Assembly (NCBI GenBank): GCA_963710375.1
Contig: CAVPZX010000008.1
Coordinates: 160,001 to 224,000 of the forward strand
Source: Nitrospirota bacterium
Lineage (GTDB): Bacteria > Nitrospirota > Thermodesulfovibrionia > Thermodesulfovibrionales > Dissulfurispiraceae
DNA length: 64,000 bases
Direction: 5' to 3'
The translations under genes and the position numbers were made by a program. Below the pieces are notes generated by a model. It saw only the letters and a list, made by a program, of their open reading frames with translations. It made no database searches and was not told the origin of the DNA. How positions within the stretch are numbered: the stretch's first letter is position 1; every line of letters starts with the position of its first letter. This document shows, one piece after another, positions 47,363 through 56,966 of this stretch.

Positions 47363-49990
47363 TAGCTCATAAATACCCTCTAAGAAATTCTTTGCGTAAC
47401 GCTCAACTTTAGCGTCGTCATGCAATACCGCATCGAGTTGCCTTGTATAAGCAATCAGCCTGCCTAAGTTATCGAGCATCTTCTCCATGTCGTCGCGTAT
47501 TATATTCGCAATCCGCCCGATAATAAGATCTCCCTTTGTTTTCGTATTGAACCCGTATTCTTTTAAAATAATCGCGATCAACTCTATCCTCCTCGATCGT
47601 TTTACCATTTCGGTAGCGCCGCCGGTAAAACGGAAGTAGATGTGGTTGTTCCTCGCAGTTTCACTGCAATAACAATCGATCATGTTAAAGTGATAGCCGA
47701 ACTTGAGGCTCAGATTGAGGTATTCATGCGAAATAACTGCAACGTTGTTGGCCGCATAACTGTCGTTGCCGGAAACGATATCAGGCATTCGCATCATGCT
47801 CGTGAGAAAATCATTCACCCTTAATGATACAGGTCCGGAATGCCATGCCCCGGGATGCATCATACCATGAAGAACAGCCCTGAGAGGAATGGAAACAACT
47901 TGTTCGAAACTAACGCTGTCGCTCCCCGCCCTGCGATTCATAGTGTTGTCCAGACCGCCTCCTATATCCACCACGATAATTCCCGCAGGTATCGGCAGGT
48001 CCAACTTCATGGCCGCTTGTCCCTTTAGTCCGTTCATTGCATTGTCGATAAGCTCCATGACAGATTTCTCATGTATAAACCTAAGGATATCGTGCATGGT
48101 CTTGCACCCTTCAGGACTAAATCTTTCCAGCAGGGGGTCCACGAGGTTGAGAGGAGAAATATATCTCAGCACATATCTCTTTTTGCGGTACTCGTAGATA
48201 TCCTCCATCGCAGCCTGGCCGGAACGCGCGTGTTCAAGCACCTCTCTGAGTATCCCGTCATATACAATCAACATATCCTCATCGTCTACAGTCACAGTAA
48301 TCTCCTGCCCTTGCTTGAGAATCTGCGTTGATGAGCCTGCGTTGACAAACGCAGGCACCTTGAATTCCCTGCATAGAGAAGCCATATGACTTGTAAGCGA
48401 CCCGGTATCGGTAATAATTGCAGAAGCATAGGGCATAACCCGTATGAAATCAGACGAGTCATTCCTGGCTACAAGGACATCCCCCCTGGAAAATTCCTGA
48501 AGCCCGTCTGCATTCTTGAAAATGAAAACCCTGCCGGCGCCCACACCCTTTTGCACAACATTACCCCTGGCTTTCATCAGGATATTTGTCCCGTCATGAG
48601 AAAATGAGAGTTTAGAGCTTTCCTTATCGCCGGCTGCAATCTTCAACGGTCTCGCCTGAAGTATGAATATTTTTCCGTCCCTGTCTATGGCCCATTCAAT
48701 ATCCTGAGGCTGACGGAAGTAATTTTCAATGAGCATCGCCTGTCTTGCAAGCCCCAGCGCCTGTTCTTCCTGCAGTGAACTCTGACCTGTACTTGCCGCA
48801 GAAGCCTGTACCTGAGTCACACCACAGTCTTCGCGGCATACTATCATAGAACGCTTTTCCCCGATCCTTTTAGTTATTATTACAGGCGACGTACCCTTTC
48901 TGATCAAATAAAAATCTGCATCTGTCTGACCTTCAACTACCGAAGTGCCCAGTCCCCATGTCGAATTTATGATCATAGTGTCTGAATCTCCGCCCGGATT
49001 TGTCGAATAGATGACGCCGCTGACGGCTGCATCGACCATAAGCAGACAGCCGACCGCCATTTTTATGCTTCCGATAGCTACCCCAAGTTGCTGATGATAA
49101 GCTGTTGACTTGTCCGAAAACAGACTGGCAACCACCCGCTTGTACGCCTCCTGTACCGCCCTGTTCTCCAACGGTACATTCAGGACAGTATCAAACTGTC
49201 CCGCGAAAGAAAATTCCCTGTCCTCTGCCTGGGCGCTGCTCCGAACAGCGAGAAAGCATTTATCTCCATATTTCTCCCTGAAGGTCGATATGGCTTTGTC
49301 GAGAGCATGTTCAATACCGGAAGGGATATTTCCGTTCATGATCGAAGTATATATTTTGTTCAACGCCTCTTTTGGATAAATATCATTTCCTTCCAGCGCT
49401 GAAATCATTTCATTGATTTTATTATGACGAATAAATTCATCGTATGCGAACACAGTAACAGCAAATGCGTCAGGAATGTCCAGAGCAACGTTATTTTTCA
49501 ATTCAGCAAGATTGGCGTTTTTTCCGCCTACCTCATGCGCCATGCTCCATGTAAGCGCGCTATAAGGCAGCACATATTCCCTTTGATAAAAATAGGAATA
49601 GCGGCCATCCAATGTACTATCATTTCTTTTTGTTTCGATTAAATGGGCGCTGTCCCCGTTTTTATAAACAAGCAGTCTGACTTCTCTATCGATGCGGCCA
49701 AATACATCTTTGAGGCGAGGATATTTATTCTTTGTGAGGACATCGAAGCTTGCCAGAGACTCTGTTAGCGTATCGTACAATCCGGCATAGGCGCTCCTGA
49801 TATAAGAAATATCAAATATATAGTCACCGCCAAGTTTGTCGCCCATATCAGCGATGATCTCAACGGCCTTGTTATGACTTTCAAGCACCTGCCTAAACCG
49901 GGTGAACATTTCCTTAAAGGTCACATGGCCCGCGGTGAATGTGTCCCTGATAATTTTCTTACCTAATGCTATGATCTTATTGAAAGGCAT
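47360..49990 (-). CDS. PEP-synthase/PPDK-like protein (ATP-grasp + phospho-His domain, no full PEP-binding barrel)
   Basis: VGGKNANL, AVRSSA..ED..SFAGQF, WGLG..VVEG, PQDIEWA, LQARPL and GSLTSHMASLCRE motifs. Confidence 0.9.
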   Translation of the reverse strand: MPFNKIIALGKKIIRDTFTAGHVTFKEMFTRFRQVLESHNKAVEIIADMGDKLGGDYIFDISYIRSAYAGLYDTLTESLASFDVLTKNKYPRLKDVFGRIDREVRLLVYKNGDSAHLIETKRNDSTLDGRYSYFYQREYVLPYSALTWSMAHEVGGKNANLAELKNNVALDIPDAFAVTVFAYDEFIRHNKINEMISALEGNDIYPKEALNKIYTSIMNGNIPSGIEHALDKAISTFREKYGDKCFLAVRSSAQAEDREFSFAGQFDTVLNVPLENRAVQEAYKRVVASLFSDKSTAYHQQLGVAIGSIKMAVGCLLMVDAAVSGVIYSTNPGGDSDTMIINSTWGLGTSVVEGQTDADFYLIRKGTSPVIITKRIGEKRSMIVCREDCGVTQVQASAASTGQSSLQEEQALGLARQAMLIENYFRQPQDIEWAIDRDGKIFILQARPLKIAAGDKESSKLSFSHDGTNILMKARGNVVQKGVGAGRVFIFKNADGLQEFSRGDVLVARNDSSDFIRVMPYASAIITDTGSLTSHMASLCREFKVPAFVNAGSSTQILKQGQEITVTVDDEDMLIVYDGILREVLEHARSGQAAMEDIYEYRKKRYVLRYISPLNLVDPLLERFSPEGCKTMHDILRFIHEKSVMELIDNAMNGLKGQAAMKLDLPIPAGIIVVDIGGGLDNTMNRRAGSDSVSFEQVVSIPLRAVLHGMMHPGAWHSGPVSLRVNDFLTSMMRMPDIVSGNDSYAANNVAVISHEYLNLSLKFGYHFNMIDCYCSETARNNHIYFRFTGGATEMVKRSRRIELIAIILKEYGFNTKTKGDLIIGRIANIIRDDMEKMLDNLGRLIAYTRQLDAVLHDDAKVERYAKNFLEGIYEL

Positions 49991-49997
49991 AATTATG

Positions 49998-50076
49998 TTA
50001 ATTATGAATTAAAAATTAGGAATTACGAATGAATGTTTCTTCCATGATCCGCAATTCACAATTCATTATTCACTAT
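49998..50076. repeat. Inverted degenerate heptamer array (AATTA(C/T)G-type)
   Basis: AATTATGAATTAAAAATTAGGAATTACGAAT...ATCCGCAATTCACAATTCATTATT. Confidence 0.6.
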
Positions 50077-50438
50077 TAACTTAGCGCGCGTTGTATGGAT
50101 GCTTTAAGCTCCTTTATTTTGACCGGCTTGGGGAAAAAGTCATGGACATCTCCCCTCAACGCCTCTATCGCGGTATCGAGGTTGGCAAATGCCGTAATCA
50201 TGATTACCTTAACACCGGGGTAAAGCTGTTTTACCGTTCTCAGGATCTCCATGCCGTCTACCCCCTTCATTTTAAGGTCCGTAACCACTACGTCAAACTT
50301 TTGCTCAACCAGGCGCGCAAGCGCGGCCTCGCCGTTTAAAAAAGTCTCGACTGCATAGCCTTCCTGTTCCAGAGACATCTTCGCCATGTCGCCCACAATT
50401 TTTTCATCATCAACAATCATGATCCTGTAGTTGTTCAT
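50076..50438 (-). CDS. Single-domain response regulator
   Basis: IVDDE...TDLKM...MITAF...FPKP. Confidence 0.95.
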   Translation of the reverse strand: MNNYRIMIVDDEKIVGDMAKMSLEQEGYAVETFLNGEAALARLVEQKFDVVVTDLKMKGVDGMEILRTVKQLYPGVKVIMITAFANLDTAIEALRGDVHDFFPKPVKIKELKASIQRALS

Positions 50439-50456
50439 TTAGTCCTCCCTAAAAAA

Positions 50457-50557
50457 GTTAAGGTTAAGGTTAAGGTTGAGGTTAAGGAAGATAAGAACAA
50501 AACGATGATTTTTTTTGTCTTTAACTTTTTCTTAACCTTAACCTCAACCTCAACCTG
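50457..50557. repeat. Inverted hexamer array; supplies the kinase stop codon
   Basis: GTTAAGGTTAAGGTTAAGGTTGAGGTTAAG...CTTAACCTTAACCTCAACCTCAACCTG. Confidence 0.85.
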
Positions 50558-51950
50558 TTTTTTTATAGACCGGCAATTCTACAGTAAAGGTGGTACCGAC
50601 ACCTACCATGCTTTCCACCCTGATATCTCCTTTGTGCTTCTTGATAATTCCGTAGCTGACCGACAGCCCGAGCCCTGTCCCCCCCTCTCCCTTGGTGCTG
50701 AAGAACGGGTCGAATATGTGAGGCAGGAATTCGCGAGGTATTCCCTTTCCTGTATCCATGACCTTGATCTCCACAGAATCCCCGCCGCTCCCAAGCCTGG
50801 TTCCCAAAAAGAGCGTCTTGCCGGCCTCCATTGATTGTACCGCATTGGTGATAAGATTCACCATGACCTGCAGTATCTGGTACTCATCGATTAAGACATC
50901 TGGGAGATCCGGGACGAAGTCCAACTTAGTTTTGATATTGGAGATGTCGAGCATGTTTTGCATAATCTTGAGAGTCTTATGCATTACCGCATTGATGTCG
51001 GTCTCTTTCAGGTGGGCCTCTTTTGGTTTTGAGAAGTCAATCAAGTTTTTTATAATTTCCTTTATCCTCTCTGTCTCCTTCTCGACCTTATCCATGAATT
51101 CAATTCTCTGGTCCTTGTCCAGCTTATCATACATTTCAGCATAGGTCTGCGCCATCATTGAAATGTTATTCAGGGGGTTTGTCAATTCATGTGCCACGCC
51201 GGCAGTGAGTATTCCAAGGGACGCAAGCTTTTTGGACTGGATAAGGTCCTCTTCACGGTTCCTCAGTTCCTCGGACATTGAATTGATAGCTGCCATGACC
51301 GAACCGAATTCATCATCCGGAATTGCGCCCTCGATTCTCTTGAAATTGCCCTTGGATATCGATTTTGCAAGCTTCTCTATCTCCCTCAACGATAGCAGAA
51401 TCTTCTGAGAAATAAAATGGCTCACAAAAACAGCGCATATGAGAATCACCCAGAATGAGTAGAAAAGTATGAGCTTCGAGCGTGATATAATGTCATTTTC
51501 CGCTTTCCTCTCAAGACGGGTGATGGTATCTGAAAATTCACGCAGCATTTTACCTTCCGCACTTAACTTTGAGTTAAGGACGGGATCACTGTGAGAATTA
51601 TGCTTCACTTCATTCACGATATCGGAGTAATGATTCAAATGTGATTTAAGCAATACAAAGTTGTTCTCTCCAACACCACGGATAATGTCCCTGCTTGCGC
51701 TATCCAGCGATTGCTGGGCCTTCTCTATCTTCTCCTGGATATCGGAAAGAAAGTCCTGCTTATGGAAAATGAAATAGTTTTTCTCTGTAAGCCGCATTTC
51801 GAGAAAAGTAGCGTTCAGGTCATCCGCTATCTCAACAAATCTCAGCTTTGTCTGCATTTGATTGAGATTCTGCATTGCAAAAAAACCTATCAGCAATATC
51901 AGCCCGATATTGACTACATTGGAAAGTATAATTTTACTTTCTATCTTCAT
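50550..51950 (-). CDS. Membrane sensor histidine kinase (TM-periplasmic helical-TM-HAMP-HisKA-HATPase)
   Basis: Two TM helices; HAMP (DEFGSVMAAINSM); AHELTNPL; DTGKGI; GTGLGL; ATGA overlap with the upstream gene at 51947-51950. Confidence 0.94.
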   Translation of the reverse strand: MKIESKIILSNVVNIGLILLIGFFAMQNLNQMQTKLRFVEIADDLNATFLEMRLTEKNYFIFHKQDFLSDIQEKIEKAQQSLDSASRDIIRGVGENNFVLLKSHLNHYSDIVNEVKHNSHSDPVLNSKLSAEGKMLREFSDTITRLERKAENDIISRSKLILFYSFWVILICAVFVSHFISQKILLSLREIEKLAKSISKGNFKRIEGAIPDDEFGSVMAAINSMSEELRNREEDLIQSKKLASLGILTAGVAHELTNPLNNISMMAQTYAEMYDKLDKDQRIEFMDKVEKETERIKEIIKNLIDFSKPKEAHLKETDINAVMHKTLKIMQNMLDISNIKTKLDFVPDLPDVLIDEYQILQVMVNLITNAVQSMEAGKTLFLGTRLGSGGDSVEIKVMDTGKGIPREFLPHIFDPFFSTKGEGGTGLGLSVSYGIIKKHKGDIRVESMVGVGTTFTVELPVYKKTG

Positions 51951-53149
51951 CCAGGTACAGGGCACCTGGGGACTTCGGCTTGTTCATTTCTTACCGGCAT
52001 ATACCATAACCATCCGTCTATTGTCATCAATACTCCGGCTATGATCAAAAAACCGTCGATGGCTGTCAGAATACTGAAACCGAAATAGTGTATCAACCCT
52101 AACCCGAACCCCACAAAGGAAACCCCTGTCCTGATAAAAGCGAGCCCTGTCCTCGCCCTTGCATATATGGTGCGGTAGCAAGCAGCAACTGTACGTTGTG
52201 CCGCCAGAACATTTCTTTCACGCGCCAGATGGGTACGCTCCCTGCTGGAAGGCGAAGGATACAAAATGGTGCAGTGGTCCGCAAGAAAATCACCGAGACG
52301 GGCAAGCATAGTCTGTTTGGCAGGCAGGTATGCACCGGCCTGATCAATAAAATGATAGTTCTCAAGAAATTGCACGGTTGCCGCAGTCACTTCTACAAGC
52401 GTCTGCTCTTCGGGAGGCGTCATTCTCGATCTCCTTATTTTCAAATAAGCGAAGAGACCGAAGAGTGCAAGCAAAAACCCGGCTGCCATGACCCCGAATA
52501 AGAAATAAACGCGCGTCAACCTGTAATGGCGAATAAGTATGTCCGACACTGCGATAAGCCGCAACCCCCATCTGAGAAAAGAAAAGCCGGTCCTGGCCAT
52601 TGCCAGGTCGGTCCTGTAACATGCGAGCCGCGTCCTCCATTGGGCCATTGTGTTACGCCAGAAAGCCAGCCCGGTCCTTTCGGTTCCGATGAGATAGCCC
52701 GGCTTTTCATGCAGAAAATCCTGGATGAACCATTGTATATCCTCGCCGAGCGCCACCCAGTATTCATACTTCTCCGCCTTTATAAACGTTTTTACTTCGT
52801 CATGAACAGCAGGATCTGTTGGGTCATTCGCCGCTATGACCACCGTATCACCGTCTATAATAACCGGAAACCACTGATATATCGACAGTCTCTCCCCATC
52901 CAAACCCGTCAGCAGTTCAGGCGGGATCGGCATCCGCTCATCATATTCCAAAAAGGGACAGTGGTAATGATTAGAAAGCGCCTGCAGCAGAATATGTTTA
53001 GGTATGCGATACTCCGAGATAAGGATGCTTTCCACATCGATACCCCTGGCGATAGCTGCGCGTTCAGCATCGCAAATTCTATCCTCGGTCAGTACACCCC
53101 AACCGATCAGATCACTGAATTTCTTGGAAGCAATGTTATCAACGCTCAT
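51947..53149 (-). CDS. MshEN/T2SSE_N-like domain + 2 DUF202-like membrane units
   Basis: N-terminal KKFSDLIGWGVLTED...WFPVIIDGDTVVIAANDP; two R-T-x-x-A heptad ladders ending RTG(F/L)xFxR-TM-TM; start placed at MSVDN. Confidence 0.8.
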   Translation of the reverse strand: MSVDNIASKKFSDLIGWGVLTEDRICDAERAAIARGIDVESILISEYRIPKHILLQALSNHYHCPFLEYDERMPIPPELLTGLDGERLSIYQWFPVIIDGDTVVIAANDPTDPAVHDEVKTFIKAEKYEYWVALGEDIQWFIQDFLHEKPGYLIGTERTGLAFWRNTMAQWRTRLACYRTDLAMARTGFSFLRWGLRLIAVSDILIRHYRLTRVYFLFGVMAAGFLLALFGLFAYLKIRRSRMTPPEEQTLVEVTAATVQFLENYHFIDQAGAYLPAKQTMLARLGDFLADHCTILYPSPSSRERTHLARERNVLAAQRTVAACYRTIYARARTGLAFIRTGVSFVGFGLGLIHYFGFSILTAIDGFLIIAGVLMTIDGWLWYMPVRNEQAEVPRCPVPG

Positions 53150-54845
53150 CACTACTGAACACCACCTTGCCCCATGAACGGGCCGGTACACCGTAATCAG
53201 GTATTATAAGCTCCATTTCTCCATAACAGTACGGGTACTGTTTCCTTATTTTTTCCGCAGGGAAATGCCAGTACATTCCATCGATAAAGAGTGCCAATCC
53301 AACCATTATTAGCGACATATTAAATACGGTCCAGGCTAAATTGCCCGTGCCGAAGTAGACAAGGAGTTCCATGCCTACCGCGGCTATGCCGATTCCGGTC
53401 CTGATAATAGCCAGGCCGGTCCTCGACCGCGCCATTACCGTCCGCAGTCTGGCCATAACGTTTCTTCTATCAGCCAGCATGGTCCTGTCGAGGGCAAGAC
53501 CTGTAGTGGCCCAGATACCGGGGGCGTAAGACGGCCTGACCTGTGGAACGCACTTGTAATCAGAATCGGGCTGCTTCATCGCCGGAGGAAAGACAAAATC
53601 CCATATACTCTGTTTAGCCTGGGTCTTCCTGACTAAATCAAAGCTTATCGAACCGGCACGTCGGCCCGGTAAATACCAATAAAATCCTTCTGCCGCCATT
53701 GCAATGCCTGCCATAATAAGGGCAGCGTCAAAAAAAGTCCATGGCCCGGGGCGGAACTGACGCAATAGTCCAATACCGAATCCGCCACACGCAACACCCG
53801 TTCTGGTAAATGCCAGCCCGGTGCGTGCCCTCGCCATTTTTGTCCGGAAGCCTGCCAGCATTGTCCTTTCTTCGGCAAAGTCAGTTCTGTCACTGGCAAG
53901 GAACCTGCGCCTCATTACCGGAGACAGATTGCTCCATCTGGAACGCAGAGCAGCAGCCTCCTCTATATGATCAGTACGTCTAAATACAGGATTGTCACCG
54001 GGATTCACCACTTCCAGCACCGTGGTCCCCCATGTCGGTTCAGTGCCGTTAAAATCAAATGCTTTTCCCCCTGATTTCCGGGCAGGCAGATACCATAGCA
54101 AGCCGTCAACAGTCATAATGATGCCTGAAATTAATAATGCCGCTTCGAACACAGTCAATAAACCTACACCCAGAATCCTGAAAAGCACTATTGCGATAGC
54201 AATAAAAGCTACGCCTGTGCGGAAAAAGGCGAGTCCGGTCCTGCCCTTTGACAGAGCTGTCCTGATACAAGCCATCAAAGAGCGCCTGTCAGCCAGAAAT
54301 GTTCTCACTTTGGCCAAAGGCGTCCTGCCTGCGGTGGAGGGGAAATGGGGGTTCACATCAAAGTTATGTTCGACAATCCTTACAATATCCGGAGGCAAGG
54401 CAATAATAAAGTTAACCTTTTCAACCCGCAGGGTATCTTTGATATCCTTAACCAGGTCGGAATCGGAAGGGTCATACATAATTACCTCGGCGCGCTTTCC
54501 CCCCACATAAATGGGAAACCAAAGTTGGCGTTTGAGTTTTTCCATGTCAAGACGCATGGTAATAAAATATGAAGACAAGCCGCTCTCATCGTATTCGACA
54601 AAAGGGAAATCGAGATGCATTGTGAACGCCCTTCGGGACGGTATGATAGTCTCATCATATTCGACAAAAGGACAGTGGTAGAATTCCGAAAGGCAGAACA
54701 ATATTTCGTGCTTAGGAATTCCCTTTTCAATCAAACATTCTTCAGGGTATGTGCCAGATGCAACTGATTCACGTATGCACTCATCCAACGCGCTTTCGGT
54801 GATAACGCCTCTTCTTATAAGCCGCTCAAATTTAACGTTCAGCAT
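53139..54845 (-). CDS. MshEN/T2SSE_N-like domain + 3 DUF202-like membrane units
   Basis: Close paralog of 54969-56603; three RTGLAxxRTG-TM-TM units. Confidence 0.82.
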   Translation of the reverse strand: MLNVKFERLIRRGVITESALDECIRESVASGTYPEECLIEKGIPKHEILFCLSEFYHCPFVEYDETIIPSRRAFTMHLDFPFVEYDESGLSSYFITMRLDMEKLKRQLWFPIYVGGKRAEVIMYDPSDSDLVKDIKDTLRVEKVNFIIALPPDIVRIVEHNFDVNPHFPSTAGRTPLAKVRTFLADRRSLMACIRTALSKGRTGLAFFRTGVAFIAIAIVLFRILGVGLLTVFEAALLISGIIMTVDGLLWYLPARKSGGKAFDFNGTEPTWGTTVLEVVNPGDNPVFRRTDHIEEAAALRSRWSNLSPVMRRRFLASDRTDFAEERTMLAGFRTKMARARTGLAFTRTGVACGGFGIGLLRQFRPGPWTFFDAALIMAGIAMAAEGFYWYLPGRRAGSISFDLVRKTQAKQSIWDFVFPPAMKQPDSDYKCVPQVRPSYAPGIWATTGLALDRTMLADRRNVMARLRTVMARSRTGLAIIRTGIGIAAVGMELLVYFGTGNLAWTVFNMSLIMVGLALFIDGMYWHFPAEKIRKQYPYCYGEMELIIPDYGVPARSWGKVVFSSDER

Positions 54846-54968
54846 AGCAATAGTTTTTCAGCTTCCAGACTCGCCGGCCATTTTCATGCCAATGGTTATT
54901 ATAAATGATATAGTTCTCATAATAAAACACTTTCTCTTTCGGATAATGCATCCGTCACATCATGCACC

Positions 54969-56603
54969 CTAGTCATTATCGAACACCAACTTTTTCCATG
55001 AACTTGCCGGTTTCCCGTAATCAGGTATCGGGATTTCCATGTCTCCATAACAGTACGGGTACTGCTTTCTAATTTTCTCGGCCGGAATATGCCAGTAGTA
55101 CCCGTCTGCCATAGATGCCAGCCCGGTCACTATCAGTATTACATTGAATATTGTCCAGGCAATATTGCCTGTGCCGAAGAAAACAAGGAGTTCCGTGCCG
55201 ACCGCAGATATGCCTATTCCTGTTCTGACGAGTGCCAGGCCGGTCCTTGACCGCGCCATGACCGTCCGCAGCCTCGTCATGACGTTCCTCCTGTCAGCGA
55301 GCATAGTCCTTTCGAGGGCAAGTCCCGTAGTAGCCCATATGCCCTTAGAATGAGACTGCCTGACAGGTGGAATACATTGATACTCCGAACCAGGGTGTTT
55401 CAGTGCCGGAGGGAAAAGAAAATCCCATATGTTCTTTCCTGACTCCACCTTGCAGATTGCTTCCAAACTTGCAGCACCTGCATGGCGGCCCGGGACATAC
55501 CAGTAAAACCCCTCGGCTGCCATTGCAAGGCCGACGATAATAAGCGCGGCATCAAAGAAAGTCCATGGCCCGGGGCGGAACTGGCGCAATAGTGCGATAC
55601 CAAATCCGATAAATATAACGCCGGTGCGCGTAAATGCCAGCCCGGTACGCGCCATGGCCATCCAGGTCCGGTAGTATACGTGTATCGTCCTTTCTTCGGC
55701 AAAATCCGTCCTGTCGCTCGCAAGGAACCTGCGCCTCATGACCGGGGACAGGTTGCTCCATCGGGAGCGGAGAGCCGCCGCCCCTTCCACATGGCCGGTA
55801 CGGGTAAAAAGAGGGCTGTCACCGGGATTCGCCACTTCAAGAACAGTAGTTCCCCACGTAGGTTCGGTAGAAGTGCAATCGAACACTGTTTTGCCTGCTT
55901 TCCGGGTGGGCAGATACCATAGCAGGCCGTCAACAGTCATAATGATGCCTGATATTAACAATGGGAGTTCAAACAAGGTCAGAAGCCCTATACCAAAAAT
56001 CCTGAAAAGCGTAACGGCAATGGACAGGAAGGCGATGCCGGTGCGGATGAAGGCCAGTCCTGTTCTGCCTTTTGCCTGGGAGGTCCTGGTGCAAGCCGTC
56101 AAAGAACGTCTGTCAGCCAGATATGTTCTCACTTTGGCCAAAGCCGTCCTGCCGGCTGAGGCCGGGAAATGGGGATTCACATCGAAGTTGTGCTCGATGA
56201 TCCTCACGAGGTCAGACGGCATGGCTGCAACGAAATCGATATCCTGAACCATAAGTGTATCTTTGACGTCTTGAATTACATAAGGGTCGAAAGGACGATA
56301 GGCTATTACCTCGGCGCGCCCTTTACTGACAGCAAGGGGAAACCAGAGATTCCGTTTGAGTTTCTCCATATTGAGACGCCTGGTGAGAAAAAAGGAGGCA
56401 ATGACGCTCTCATCGTATTCGACAAAAGGACAACCGTAGAATTCCGCAAAGGAAAGCAATATCTCGTGCTTCGGAACACCTTTTTCTATCAACCATTCTT
56501 CAGGATATTTGCCCGATGCAAGTGACTCTTTTAGCCCCTCACTCAATTCCCCTTCAGTGAGAATTCCTCTTTTTACCAGTCGCTCGAATTTTTTATCATA
56601 CAT
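54969..56603 (-). CDS. MshEN/T2SSE_N-like domain + 3 DUF202-like membrane units
   Basis: KKFERLVKRGILTEGELSEGLKES...LWFPLAVSKGRAEVIAYRPFD; three RTGLAxxRTG-TM-TM units. Confidence 0.82.
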   Translation of the reverse strand: MYDKKFERLVKRGILTEGELSEGLKESLASGKYPEEWLIEKGVPKHEILLSFAEFYGCPFVEYDESVIASFFLTRRLNMEKLKRNLWFPLAVSKGRAEVIAYRPFDPYVIQDVKDTLMVQDIDFVAAMPSDLVRIIEHNFDVNPHFPASAGRTALAKVRTYLADRRSLTACTRTSQAKGRTGLAFIRTGIAFLSIAVTLFRIFGIGLLTLFELPLLISGIIMTVDGLLWYLPTRKAGKTVFDCTSTEPTWGTTVLEVANPGDSPLFTRTGHVEGAAALRSRWSNLSPVMRRRFLASDRTDFAEERTIHVYYRTWMAMARTGLAFTRTGVIFIGFGIALLRQFRPGPWTFFDAALIIVGLAMAAEGFYWYVPGRHAGAASLEAICKVESGKNIWDFLFPPALKHPGSEYQCIPPVRQSHSKGIWATTGLALERTMLADRRNVMTRLRTVMARSRTGLALVRTGIGISAVGTELLVFFGTGNIAWTIFNVILIVTGLASMADGYYWHIPAEKIRKQYPYCYGDMEIPIPDYGKPASSWKKLVFDND

Positions 56604-56615
56604 ATGGAAATTTAT

Positions 56616-56690
<75 letters not shown>

Positions 56691-56709
56691 AAATCAATGA
56701 GTTAGCGAT

Positions 56710-56718
56710 ATTATAACA
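56710..56718 (-). promoter_or_regulatory. Extended -10 promoter of tRNA-Gly
   Basis: Minus strand TG-T-TATAAT about 20 nt upstream of the tRNA. Confidence 0.6.
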
Positions 56719-56766
56719 CACAAACATCATAAAAATATGCAATCATAACAAGAAACTCATAAGGAA

Positions 56767-56940
56767 AGGATCGGCAGGGGCAGGCTGTTTATCGGAGCAC
56801 TGAAACTACCTTTATTGCCAGCTACAATGCGGTATAGTCTCCATGGTCATACCAATTCTCAGGTGGGGCTCGGCGTTACTCGCCCCTGTTACAGCAGACC
56901 CGTGCATTGCTCCGATAAACAGCCTGCCCCTGCCGATCCT
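56767..56940. mobile_element. MITE-like element copy A (33-bp perfect terminal inverted repeats)
   Basis: AGGATCGGCAGGGGCAGGCTGTTTATCGGAGCA...TGCTCCGATAAACAGCCTGCCCCTGCCGATCCT. Confidence 0.75.
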
Positions 56941-56966
56941 ATAATCTGATTCTATAAAATAAAAAG

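Noticed and set aside
54969..56603. Type II secretion / type IV pilus ATPase or canonical c-di-GMP receptor call for the MshEN-like proteins
   Set aside because: No Walker A/B ATPase domain, and the RLG of the MshEN c-di-GMP motif is replaced (KKF/VKF), so c-di-GMP binding is not supported.
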